A DNA stretch of 64,000 bases, taken from Eledone cirrhosa (Eukaryota). A program made the position numbers and the translations under genes. The DNA lies in the NCBI GenBank assembly GCA_964016885.1, contig OZ024747.1:40610001-40674000 (forward strand), in the 5' to 3' direction. Position 1 is the first letter of the stretch. Each line of letters opens with the position of its first letter. Below the pieces are notes generated by a model. The model saw nothing but the letters and a program-made list of their open reading frames with translations. It ran no database searches and was not told the origin of the DNA. Below are positions 44,804-57,836 of this stretch, piece by piece.

Positions 44804-47800
44804 TACAAGACAAAACTATTTACTTTAACATGCCATCATCACTATCATCATCATCATTTAATGTCTACTTTCCTTGCTTACAAGGGTTGGATGGCGTTTC
44901 CTAGACTTTGTCTGTACTGAAACAGAGCTGCTAACCTCACAGACAGTTCAAGGATTCACATCTTGCTTACATCTGACCCCACATTCTACCAAGTGCATTT
45001 ATCATGACACCAGCACTAGAGAGATTGTCATGACTAATGCAACTCAAGGGTCCTCCCAACCCATTTTTGGCAAACTTTCTATGGCTCGATACCCTTCCTT
45101 ACAACAATCACTTTGCAGCACGTACTGGGTGCATTTATCGTGTTGATCACCAACATAAGAGAGGTTGTCATGTCCTTGACACAACTGACGGGTCTTATCT
45201 TAAAATCTTTCTTCATAATTTTATGTAAGAATATTTGTTAAATCATAAATGACCCAAAGACCAAGTTAATGATTACTTCTAGTATTGACACAAGGTTAAC
45301 AATTTGGGTGAAAGAGAAAATCCATTATATTGACCCATTACATAACTGGTATCTCATCTCATTGACCCCATAAGGGTGAAGTCAAAGAGGACATCAGTGG
45401 GATTTGATCTCCAAATGTAAAGAGCCAGAACAAATACTGCAAAGCATTTGCTTGACATTCTAACAGCTCTGTCAATCTATTGCCTTTACATCAGGTTAAT
45501 AATGAGAAATTTAGCTATATACTAAATGAATTCAAATTCTTGAATATTTTCAAAATTAATTGAATATTGTAGGAAGTGTCTTTTATTAGAAATATAACAA
45601 AAGAGGTAAACAGTAGAAATATGCAAAATGTTATTCATTCGAAATTAAAAGCTGTATTGAAGTGCTGCCTAACATGTGATCATGAAGAAGCCATTGTATA
45701 AAAAATGATTTCTTTTTAATGCTGTTAGTGGTTTAGGGCAGTATAGTCAACCGAATAAACTGAGTTTATTTTGTTATTCCCAACAATATCTGAACTCAAC
45801 ATATACCATAAGACATCTAACTTGACATTATACTTATTCTGCTAACTTGCTGTCACTCTTTTATACATAAGCATCTAGCTTGGTATTATACATACACTAC
45901 TAACTTACTATCACTCTTTAAAGCCTTTTTTCATTGCTAAATCAGATGTTAGCCTTGCAAGCCCCATGACAGGTTTCAGACACCCCAAAGAAATTTATTT
46001 TGAGGCAATGTTTTACAGCCAGATTTCCTTTCCAGTACCAACCTTTTAGTCACAAGGATACATTGTATCGATTCCAAACTGGATTCACACAGTACCACTC
46101 TCCCACATTTATATAAAAATTTAAATTGATCAAACTTACTTTTTACAAGTAATTAATCATTCCATGTTTATATTGATACATTTCTTTTATAGGAATTAAC
46201 TGTACTTTAACAGGATGTGTACAGCTAGAAATGTTTAATGATTATAACTTTATCATGTGAACTTTATCTGCTTCAAGCAGAAATATTCTCACAAAGCTGA
46301 TGTCAATTTATCATTATTGCCAAGCTACTGATTTCAATGTAATATAATTAACAAATTAAATTATCTGTAATTGAAGTAGATGTCTATATATGTATATATA
46401 ATGCAAATAACAAGTGGATTTTGTCATAATGAATGCGAACTACAAATAAATAATAAAAACTTTATTAACCTTTTTGATATCAAAACTGATTTAATGGATG
46501 ATAAAAAAGTGTTTGTTTTGAAGTGTTTGTGTGTAAAAAAAAAATATTGTCCCAAACACTAGCTCCAATGTTTTCATTATTTCCATAATAAATTGAAATA
46601 GAGAAACTTGTCATGGTGTTCGTATGCTTCAAGCTTAAATCATGCTTCACCATAGGAAATGTCCTAAAACTTCTTGGATTGTCTTATTGTATAATCATAT
46701 TGATATATTTAAGAAATGTTTCTGTGGTTTTCCTAACATCAACATAAACACATTAGACTATGTCTTTGAATTATTTTGATGGACATAATTTGATTTTGGT
46801 TTCAGACTCTTAATAGTTTTCATATAATTTCCTCTAATTCAAGAATGTTATTAATAATGTTATTATAAATAAAATTGACTTCATTACTTAAGCTTTTGTG
46901 GGCGGTGGATTGGCGGTATCGGTAGAGGGTCGGACGCCATGCATAGAGTTACGGCCCTTGCCATTCTGAGTTCAAATCCCGCCGAGGTTAACTTTGCCTT
47001 TCATCCTTACGGGGTCAAATAAAATAAAGTACCAGTAATGCATCGGGTAATTGCTGGCCTTGTGCCAAAAGTAGAAACAATTATTTAAGCTTTTGTGGAT
47101 TGGCAGAATTGATAGAGTATCAGGCAATTTGCTTCATGGCATATAGCTACAGCCCTTTGTGGTCTCAGTTCAAATTCTGCCAAGGTTAGCTTTGCCTATT
47201 GTGATAAACTGATTACAATGTAAATATGGCTTATTATAAAATATTTAAACTAAACATGGAACATATGAGTTGGCTGAGATCATACCGACCTATGCAAGCA
47301 TAGAAAACAGACACAAAAACAGTGATGATGATATACATAGTCGTTTTATGTAAAATGGAAAATGTCAAATTTGGAGGAAGTTTTCACTTTATTATTCTTT
47401 GGTTTGCAGAAATGTTGTTCCAGCATTTCTATGATAGTTTGCATCGATCTTGGCACATTACCATAGTACTATGGTTTATATGAAGCATTGTGAAATTTGT
47501 TTTATGAAAATGGAAATAAAGGAGTGAAAACAATACAAAGCAAGTTTACACTTTTAACTTAGTCCAAATCACCAACACCTTCACACTCCATTTGAAACTG
47601 AATAATATTAGATACAAACAAGCACCTTAGAAATTCAGTATAATTTCCTTTCTTTAGTCATTTTATAATTTTAACTGATTTCTTTAAATTTCTAGTTTTA
47701 ATGATCTAAAAAGATTTTATGACTTTCATTCATTTAAATCTTGTTATTAAATTAAGATTTTTATTTTGCCTGCGTTCACACACATTAACCTTTTTGATAC

Positions 47801-48985
47801 CAAGCCACTTGGGACTGCCTCTAATTTTATTATACAAAACTGTCCATTTTATAGAATTTCATTGAAACTTAAACCTCTCGTATTTTTACACAAACATCTT
47901 TTGTTATATTTTAAATAACAACTTAATAAAGGAGAAATTAATTATTTTATTTAACCCTTCCAATGCATTCCATAAATCAGTAGTGATTTACTGTTATATC
48001 TCAAGAAATATTTTGGTTAATTCCTGATAAACAGAGGATTGAGGGAAAATATAAACTGTAATAAGAAGGAAATAAAACATGTTTTTTAATTCTTTGACAT
48101 CTATATATTAATAATTATCTTTAAAATTGCTACTAATATTACTTTCATTAAAAAAATTCAATCACAGATAAACTGATTAATAATAAATTGCTAGTAAATA
48201 TATTATCCATTATTGAAAATTCATTATATATATAAAATCTATTATGAAATTATATAATAATCAATAAAATACCAAAGGCAGATGAATGTACACATGCCTG
48301 CATTTAACAGCACAAGTAAATTCTAACTTGGAAAGGCACATTGAAAACAAAGAAGACAATTAGTATCTTTTGTATATTATGGCATGTGATACCAGAAAAT
48401 ACTAGACTCACTGAAAGACTATAGTAATTTACAAAACTTAAACCAATAAACTTTTCTATAGGAAGATTTTATCAGTAGAATCATTAAAATAAAAATGAAA
48501 GTTGCATATCTAAAGGTGGGCAGTATGCATATCATGACATTCTCATTATTAACAAAATGAATTAACCAACTGGGCTTCCTGGCTTTCAAAGGTGATGATT
48601 AAGAGTCTTGATACTGAAAACTCATCATCACCAACATTTTATTGTCCACTTTTCCATACAGACATAGGTTGGATGAGATGTTTTGTGACAATGTTTTACA
48701 TCCAGATGTCGTTGTTGACTCGCCCCCCTCCAACCTTATTAGTCATATCTTACAATATGCAGGTGGGAAGGTATGCAGCTTTGTGATTTGGGTGTTTAGC
48801 CCATGATCATAAGGTCCTGAGTTAGATTTGTGCACTGAGCATCATGTCGTGTCTTTGAACAAAGCACTTTATTTCACTTTGCTTCAGTCCCCTCTGCTGG
48901 CAAAAAATGAGTTGTACCCGTAAATTCAAGGGCCTAACCTTGTTACACATTGTGTCACACTGAATCTCTTGGAGAACTATTTTAA

Positions 48986-49205
48986 CCCTTTAGCATTGAC
49001 ATTACTCTATATATACTATTGTATTTTCATGGTAAAAGCTTTACCTCGCATAATTATCTCATATAATACCGAATCTATGAGATTTTGAAAGTATTTATTT
49101 TGAGAACAATACTTTAACATCAGTTTGAGTGGCCAGTTACAGCCAGTTTCATCGGAAAGAGGTAGAGAATTCTGGCCGGTTTGGGCTGGTTTGAACATTA
49201 AAGGG
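48986..49205. mobile_element. piggyBac-type MITE inserted in a SINE
   Basis: TTAA|cccttta ... taaaggg|TTAA; SINE sequence resumes after it. Confidence 0.7.
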
Positions 49206-49911
49206 TTAAGAGTGCACATGTCCGTGGAATGCTCAGCCATGTACACATTAATTTCAAATATTTCTGTTGATTGAATCAACTGGAGCACTCATCATTGGAA
49301 ATGATTGAGATCCCACAAAGGACATGTAGGGATACAGTGTACTGATTCTAAAACCTGGGATACACATTGCAACTGTCTACAATAAAACCTTAATTCTATA
49401 TATGGATGGGCTGAAGAAAACCCAATACTAGATATGGCCAAGCACTGCATAATCAATCATTTAATGCTCTGCAATTTGGATTCATATTCTCAAATATACA
49501 GTGAGAATAGAATCTGTGCATAGCTATGGAAATATATGTACTGATACACTATTGCTTATAATAATTTACCGATGTCTAGTAGGAGAGATTCTAAAACATT
49601 TAAGGTAACAAAAAGACATAATGTAGTAAACAGAATAAAATCAGAGAGAAAAGGAGATACAGAAAAATAGTCTTTGAGAAGGTCACAGAATGTGTGATGA
49701 AAGATCAGTGATGAAATAACGAATAACCAATAAATAACAATAATAATAATAATAATAATTGTTTCTACTTTTGGCACAAGGCCAGCAGTTATACCAGTGT
49801 ATTACTGGTACTTTATTTTATTGACCCCGTAAGGATGAAAGGCAAAGTTGACCTCGGCGGGATTTGAACTCAGAATGGAAAGGGCCATAACTCTATGCGT
49901 CAAAGCATAAT

Positions 49912-50552
49912 GCTTTCTTTATTAACCACAAGGGTTTACACAAAGTAGACATTAAGGACAGTACAGGACAATATAGGACGGTACAAAAGGGCATTTCTGC
50001 GTGTAACAAAACAAAAAACAGAGGATGTAATAATAGAACAATGAAAAAATTCCCGAATAGGGGGGAGACTTCCGAGGGCCATCGTGGAGAAAGCCCATTA
50101 AAAAGCCACGGTGACCCTGACCACCAGGGCAATTGTCCTCTCCCAGTTTTCCACCTTCAATTTACAGGCATATACTCAGAGTAGGTCCACTCACTCGGGC
50201 CATTCTTGCCTCTCTCACCCATCTTTCAACAAAAAGCTGGGAAGAGAGCACTTCGCTCTCTACCCTGATTTTCATTTTCAAATGAAATTGGAAAAAGTTA
50301 ATCAGGGCATCACCAAAGAGGTAAGTGCTCCTCTTCAGCCCTTTCAGACATGTCCACCATACTATCTCTTTCGCCATAGCCACCAGACAGATAAAAATGC
50401 CTGCCCTTCTCGGCTAAAGGAAGAGGGCGGGGCAATCCTCACGATGGACTCAGCTGATAGTCAGATCCGTTCTACATGTGACAGCAGGTGTTCGACATAA
50501 ACCCACAAGTCACCAATGCTCGGACACTGGACGAGTGCATGCAGGAGGGTTT
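49912..50552 (-). mobile_element. L1/Tx1-like LINE 3' fragment with 14-bp target-site duplication
   Basis: DETLLHALVQCP (end of a CCHC knuckle)..AKEIVWW; TSD cgtcaaagcataat at 49898 and 50553. Confidence 0.7.
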
Positions 50553-50574
50553 CGTCAAAGCATAATAATAATAA

Positions 50575-50730
50575 GTCCAGCCCCACTTTTTGGAACACTT
50601 CAAAAGGCATGCTTGCTGGGAACAGCAAGAACCCTCCGATACGTCCTGAATATCTGAGGCTGCAGGTAGCGGCTTGATATTCATTTCAACAAACTTTCCA
50701 GTTAAATAACATCAATGACTGAGACTCAAA

Positions 50731-50761
<31 letters not shown>

Positions 50762-53700
50762 TATTATTATTATTATTATTATTATTAGGAAGCTATTGAC
50801 TATCTACAACATGTTCCACAAGAGGAGTGATGTCGATAGACTCTACTTAAGATCTGAAGGTGTTCAGATGGAGAAAAACCTCCTACACAAATACGTGACT
50901 GATAGTAGGGAGCCAATGCTCAGAATTGTACTGAAGGAGAGGACAATAGACCAGGGGGTGTCCAAGGAGGAAATAACAACAAGGAGAAAGAGCAACCTTC
51001 ATGAAAAATCCCTTCATAGTACCTTCTTTGAGAAAACTGAATTTAGAGATCCACAGACATGGAACTGGTTGAAAAGAGGAGACCTTAAAAAGGCTACAGA
51101 AGGAATGCTAATGGCTGTGCAAGAACAGGCCCTCAAAACGAAGTGGCTGAAACACCATATTTACAAGGAGGAGGCTAGCCCACTGTGTAGGATCTGTGGA
51201 AAGAGAGAGGAGACTGTGGCTCACATTGTATCCGAGTGTAAACACCTAGCCCAGACTCACTATAAAGGCTGGAGACATGATGGGCAGGGTGATCCACTGG
51301 CATCTATGCAAAGTAAACAATTTACCACATTCTGAGAAGTGGTTGAGCATAAGCCAGAGTCGGTGATAGAAAACGATCAGGTGAAGGTGCTGTGGGATTT
51401 TATGATACAGACGGACAAGAAACTGGAGCACAATAGACCTGACCTGGTGGTTTTGGACAAGGAAAAAAGATTGTGCCTGATTGTGGATGTAGCCTGCCCA
51501 TTCGACACGAGAGTGCAAGAGAAGGAGAGGGAGAAAATTAACCGATACCAGGACTTAAAGTGGGAGTTAAAAAGGATTTGGAACTGCCATGAAGTCAAAG
51601 TGGTCCCGATTGTCATAGGCGCACTAGGTACTATCTCAAAGAGTTTCCAAGGATGGTTAAAGAAAATTGGTCCCGACCCGCTTTTTGGAACACTTCAAAA
51701 GGCATCCTTGCTGGGAACAGCAAGAACCCTCTGATACATCCTGAATATCTGAGGCTGCAGATAGTGGCTTGATATTCATTTCAACAAACTTTCCAATTAA
51801 ATAACATCAATGACAGAGACTCAAAGAACAATAATAATAATAATAATAGTATAGACAGAACCGCATGTTTGACAACAACCAGAAGCTGTTGTTTGGACAG
51901 CTTGAAGGGAAAGAAAGAGGCAACAACTTGATCCCTGAGGCGGAACAAACTAAGACATTCTGGAGAGGAATATGGGAGCAGGATGTTGAACATGATGATC
52001 AGGCAGTGTGGATTGAGACAGCTCAAAAGGAGATTAGTGAACAGGCACACCAACAAACTGATTTGAGTATCACAGTTAAAACTCTTAAGGGGCAGGCCAG
52101 AAAACTGACCAACTGGAAATCATCAGGCCCAGATGGTGTGCAGGGGTATTGGATTAAAAATATAACATCCCTCCACCCGAAACTGACAACCATGTTCAAT
52201 GACTGCTTGATGTCAGGTGAGGTACCAGAGTGATTGACAAAAGGTACCACAGTTCTGGTAATGAAAGACCGAACCAAGGGTAATGATGTTACCAACTATA
52301 AACCTATCACATGTCTGTCCGTAATGTGGAAACTGTTAACAAGCATTGTGTCTGAGGAAATCTACCATCACCTCCACATAAACAACTTGTTACCGGACAA
52401 ACAGAAAAGATGCCGAAAGAAGTCCCGTGGTACAAAGGACCAGTTACTTATTGATAAGATGGTAATGAGGAATTGCAGGAGGAGACACACTGGTCTTGCC
52501 ATGGGATGGATAGACTACAAAAAGGCATTCGACATGGTACCTCATTCTTGGATCACCAAAAGCCTAGAGATCTTCAAGGTGGCAGATAACATCAGACAGT
52601 TGTTGAGCAAAAGTATGAAGTCCTGGGAAACAGAATTAACATCGGGTGGAGAATCCTTGGGAGGTGTGAAGATCAAGAGAGGTATCTTCCAGGGAGATAG
52701 TTTGTCCCCTCTGTTGTTTGTCCTTGCCCTGATCCCCCTGACCATTATACTGCAAAAAGTGAGATACAAGTTGGGAAAGGGAGAGCTTACCATCAATCAC
52801 CTCCTCTTCATGGACGATCTTAAGCTCTTCGAGAAGAGTGCGAAGGAGTTGGATGTGCTTGTTGACACTGTCCGTATTTTCAGCAATGATATATGTATGC
52901 AATTTGGTATTAGTAAGTGTGGAGTCCTTGTGATGAAGAGGGGTAAGTTGAGCAGAAGTAACGGAATCCAGGTACCAACAGGTGAGATGATAAAGGAAAT
53001 TGACTCTGAAGAAGGATACAAGTATTTGGGCGTTCTGGAGGCTGATGACATCAAGAACAAAAAAATGAAGGAATTGATAAGATCTGAGTACATAAGGAGC
53101 GTATTAAAATCACATCTGAACAGTAAGAATGCCATAAGTGCAGTAAATTCCCAAGCTCTGTCTATTATGAGACTCAAAGAACAATAATAATAATAATAAT
53201 AATATGTCCATTCCAATAGACAAGAATGTATCTATAAAAACATTTGAAAAATTCAGCAAGTATAAGGACCTGAAGATAGAAATTGGAAAAATGTGGAAAT
53301 TGAGAACTAAAACAATACCAGTGGTTATAGGTGCTCTAGGAATGATACCTAAGGGGTCTAATGCTTACTTATCGCAAATCCCAGGAAACCCGCATATAGG
53401 AGAAATACAAAAGATAGTACTAATGGGAACTGCCCATATACTAAGGGAGATTCTGTCAATATAAGTACATCACAAGTCTAAACACCTAAAGATGCATGTG
53501 TGTGTATGTATGTTCTTTCTTGAACATGGTGGACCTTGTTGTCTCTTGAGGTCACTGGTTGTCACTTGGTGATAACTCGTATGAACATAAAGCAAGATAA
53601 ATGCAACTGTAATAATAATAATAATTGTTTCTACTTTTGGCACAAGGCCAGCAATTACCCAGTGCATTACTGGTACTTTATTTTATCGACCCCTAAGGAT

Positions 53701-54980
53701 GAAAGGCAAAGTTAACCTCAGTGGGATTTGAACTCAGAATGGCAAGCGCCGTAACTATATGCGTCAAAGCATGGCATCCGACCCTCTACCGATACTGCCA
53801 ATCCACCGCCCTATAATAATAATTTGGACTGGCCAAATACCTTGAAACAACTAATGACTGTATGCTGAAACTTGTTGAAAAGCATGAGAGAAGTAAGAAG
53901 CTTCATGCTATCTTGAAGGAGAGCAAAAAATATGCTGCTGATCTCATGCTTGATACCCAGGCTGGACAGACTAAAGAAACTGTTGCAACTGATGCTGCTA
54001 GGCACATAAAATCACTGGCAAAAGCAAAAGGTCAAGGACAATTAGCATCAAAGTGGGAGCAGAAACCTGTGCATGGCAAACATGTGGCCCGTAGCAAACA
54101 AGCTGATGTTGACCAAAAGCACACCCATCAGTGGCTACGTAGTTCAGGGCTAAAGACGGAGGGTGCCCAAGATCAAAGCTTATTGACTCGTAATTACCAG
54201 GCCAATGTGATGAGAAACGGAATAAACCCAAAGTGCCGATTCTGCAATGCTGGGGCTGAAACAGTGGATCACTTAGTCTCTGGATGTAAAGTTTTAGCAC
54301 CAGTAGAATACAAATATAGACATGACAGAGTTGGCCAATATCTACACTGGGTAATATGTCGGCATTACAAAATCAAAGCTGAAGACAACTGGTACAATCA
54401 TCACCCTGAGGCTGTAACTGAAGGAGAAAAAGTAACAATTCTCTGGGACTTTCCTGTACATACTGACAGGACCATCAAAGCAAATAGACCTGACATCATT
54501 ATAAAAGTTCAACATAACAAGGTCTGTTTGTTGATAGATATGAGCTTCCCAGGTGATCACAATATCGCGGCAAAAGAATTTGACAAGCTACAAAAATATA
54601 AAGATCTGCTTATTGAAATTGAGAAAATGTGGCACCTCAAGGCCGTTACAATACCAGTGATTGTGGGAGGACTGGGAATGATCAAGAAAGGAACAGAACA
54701 ATATTTGCGAATGATTCCTGGTTTACCCTCTCTACACGAGGTGCAAAAAATTGTTTTGACTGTTACTGCACACATATTGAGAAGAGCACTATCTCTGTAA
54801 GATTGATAATCCTCCTTGTATTTACATATGCATATGCACATGTGTATGTGCATATATGTATAATTTTTCTTTATTTTTTTTTATTATAATCAATGTGTTG
54901 TATAAACTGGCTTACCAATGCACACTGTGAATTTATTTGCCATAGGTGTCAGGAAGACACTCGGCATATATCTCAGAAAC
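50575..54980 (+). mobile_element. Tandem cluster of five Dong/R4-clade (restriction-like endonuclease) non-LTR fragments in (TAA)n: 50575-50732, 50788-51828, 51850-53182, 53203-53610, 53822-54980
   Basis: RT: WIDYKKAFDMVPH, RGIFQGDSLSPLLF, HLLFMDDLKL, YKYLG; CRIC..ETVAHIVSEC, RHD, LWDF, NRPD..D, PIVIGALG; each fragment ends in aat repeats. Confidence 0.93.
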
Positions 54981-55166
54981 AATAATGAAAGAAAATAAAA
55001 ACAATAATGATAATAAAGCTGAGGTGAAAGTCAAATGGCGTGTGTGTTTTTATTGGCAAAATTGGCAAACTGACTATTTTCAAAAGACAGAAAAAAAAGT
55101 AAGAGAGATTTATTAACCTGAACATTTTTTATTAAAAAAAAAGAGTAATATAAAAATTTAACTTAC

Positions 55167-55199
55167 CAAATTGAAAAAATACCGATATTTCGAGTCAAT
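55167..55199 (-). CDS. DNAH5-like dynein heavy chain micro-exon (IDSKYRYFFNL)
   Basis: ttatag acceptor, gtaagt donor, 33 bp, phase 0; resembles the LDARHNYLFAI segment of DNAH5 (recalled). Confidence 0.75.
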
Positions 55200-55649
55200 C
55201 TATAAATGGAATTATATAATTTTAATACAATTTGATACAATTTTAATATAATTTGACATAATTTTAATACAATTTGATATAATTTTAATACAAGATGTTC
55301 CACCACCAGGTCACTCTCCTCCTGCCTATGGTCTTGCTCCAACCACAGATCTCATCCGTCGCCTTTAAGATTGTCGTAATTAATTTAATTAATCATTTGA
55401 AACACAATAAAAAATATTTGCTAAAACTTGAAACTACTTGAAAAGTATTTAATAAAATTTAATTTTATTTTATTTACCAAATATAGAATTTTTTTTTTTT
55501 TTTTTATTAAAGAAAAAGAAATTTTAAAATCCACTTCTGTGCATTTCCACTTTTATTCTTCTACCTATAATCTTCGGTGTGTATGTGCGTGTGTGTATAT
55601 ATATATTTATGCATATGTATGTGTATAAGTATGTGTGTGTGTATATAGA

Positions 55650-55694
<45 letters not shown>

Positions 55695-55697
<3 letters not shown>

Positions 55698-55975
55698 CAC
55701 ATTCAATAAGGCCCTGGACTTTGCTGGTAGATTTAGTGACGTACATCACTTGGACTGACTGGTAATATCTCACTGTCATAAATCCCCACCCTTTAAGAAG
55801 GGGAAGACCTGGATAAAGAAATCCATAACAAATGACTTCTTTGATATTCCTATGGGATCGTTTGACAAAATGGATATTTGTGATTTGGTGAGGCTCTTTA
55901 CCCTGAATACCTTATGCACTAAATTTCTGGATTTCCGGATGGGTTTATACTGTGATTATGGTCTGGCTCCTACCA
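55695..55975 (+). mobile_element. Old Penelope RT fragment
   Basis: Translates as KALDFA...WIKK...FFDIPMGSFD..DICDLVRLFTL...GLYCDYGLA, collinear with 10210-10470. Confidence 0.75.
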
Positions 55976-56311
55976 GCCATAATAACAGCCAGGACAACTG
56001 ATTTCTCATCTCATGCTTTAGACTGTCTTTCTTCCTTTCTCTCCCTCTCTCCATTCCGCCGCTCATTATGTGGTTATATCTTAACCCAACTTTTGCTATA
56101 CATATAATAATCAGCTATTTATACAGGTGTGTGTTAGGGGTATATGTACATTAGGGCTTACAAACATGAATAGACAGAGTGCTCAGTACCAAAATAGAAA
56201 AATACTTTCAATTTATTATATCACTGAGAATATTCTCTGTTGCCACCCTTATTTTGGGGACAATCTTCTAATCCCAGACACTAGAAACAAAGTAATCACA
56301 GTAATATAAAA

Positions 56312-56344
<33 letters not shown>

Positions 56345-56977
56345 AGACCTGGGATAAGGTGATAAAATCCGACCTTACCCAATTGCACCTCTCAAAGGCA
56401 GTAATACAGAAGACCCGACTTCCCATAGGTACAAGCCGAAGCTGAAGCATATAGACAATATGCCGGCACCACCTCTCACTGCAAAGTGGTCGTGAAGGTG
56501 ACATGGCAAAAAAGAACTCAGCCCACACTGTAAAGTGGACGTGTAGGCGCCATGGAAAAAAAAGCACCCAGCACTCACTGTAAATGGAAGGGCATCCAGA
56601 ATCAGTTCCCGTATGAGCAAGACAAGGTCAGCCGACTGGACACTGACCACAACAGGACAACCTGTCTAAACCATGCTAGCGTGGAAGAACGGACGTAAAA
56701 CGGTGATGATGATGATGATATGCATTTTTATAAATTTATATGTGTATATATGTATATATGTCTGTACCTATATATGTATGTACGTATACATACTTATATT
56801 TAAGTAACAGCCGTACTAGGAGTGAGAAATTTCATTTCATTTCATTTTTTTCCATTTACCGTTTTCGGTGCGCCCGGCCGATTAACTCACTCGATATGCA
56901 AATTAGGCTGCTCAGCCGTTAATATGCATAAGGAAAGTATATACTTTCAGACCTTCAATCATCTGGCAGGAAGGTAT

Positions 56978-57020
56978 ACGGTGCTGACGATATTTAATAA
57001 GCTTGAAACTAGTACATTGT
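56978..57020 (+). ncRNA. Minimal hammerhead (family E) in a second copy of the module (about 56885-57250)
   Basis: acggtg-CTGACGA-..-GAAA-ctag-TA-cattgt; stem II decayed. Confidence 0.72.
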
Positions 57021-57369
57021 TCCTTTGTCAGTGTTGAACAAAAGGGCAACGATGGTTGCTAAACACTGTACGGCTTAATTCGGGCTGTTTGTTTACAATA
57101 AAAACGAGCATTATAATAAATGTTCGGTAAATCCATACGTACATATATATATGTGTGTGTGTGTATGCATGTATATATATACATACTACTGTACGTCTGT
57201 ATACATATATATGTATGTACGTATACATACTTATATGTATATATGTCAATATATAGATAAACACATGCACAGATAGCATGGTAGCTGGTAGGAAGCAAAG
57301 AATATATAGATATATATAAAAGATAATAATAAGTACAAAAATAAATAGAGATTAAGGAAGTAAACTTAC

Positions 57370-57459
57370 GGAAATTTTCCTCTCTTCCCGAACTGCTTGC
57401 AGCTGTTTTTCTAACTCTTTCTTGGCTTCCTCCAGCATTAACATGTTTTTCCGGAGAAG
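57370..57459 (-). CDS. DNAH5-like dynein heavy chain, first visible exon (LLRKNMLMLEEAKKELEKQLQAVREERKIS); candidate ATG at 57444
   Basis: ttttatttcag acceptor, gtaagt donor, 90 bp open, phase 0; collinear with the downstream dynein exons. The acceptor implies a further upstream exon. Confidence 0.7.
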
Positions 57460-57836
57460 CTGAAATAAAATCATTGTTTATATGTAGTCAGAGCTTTGTC
57501 AATTTATTATTGATTAAAGATACTAACAAGAGTGTTACGCATCGTATGATGAGTAACGCTCTAATTTATTATTCAGGACTATAATGTTGCCTCTGAGGGT
57601 AATATCAGTAACGATATATGGATAAAAATAATTATGAATTTTTTTTTTCAAATTTCTAAAAAAATTATTTCTAATTTAGGCACGAGGTCAACAATTTATA
57701 GGAAGAGGAAAGTCAATTGTATCGAATCCAGTGCTATGAAGGTACTTATTTTATCAACACCAGAAGGATAAAAGGCGAAGTTGATCTTGATGGGATTCGA
57801 ACCCAGAAAAGTAAATGCTAAGCATTTGTCTAATAA

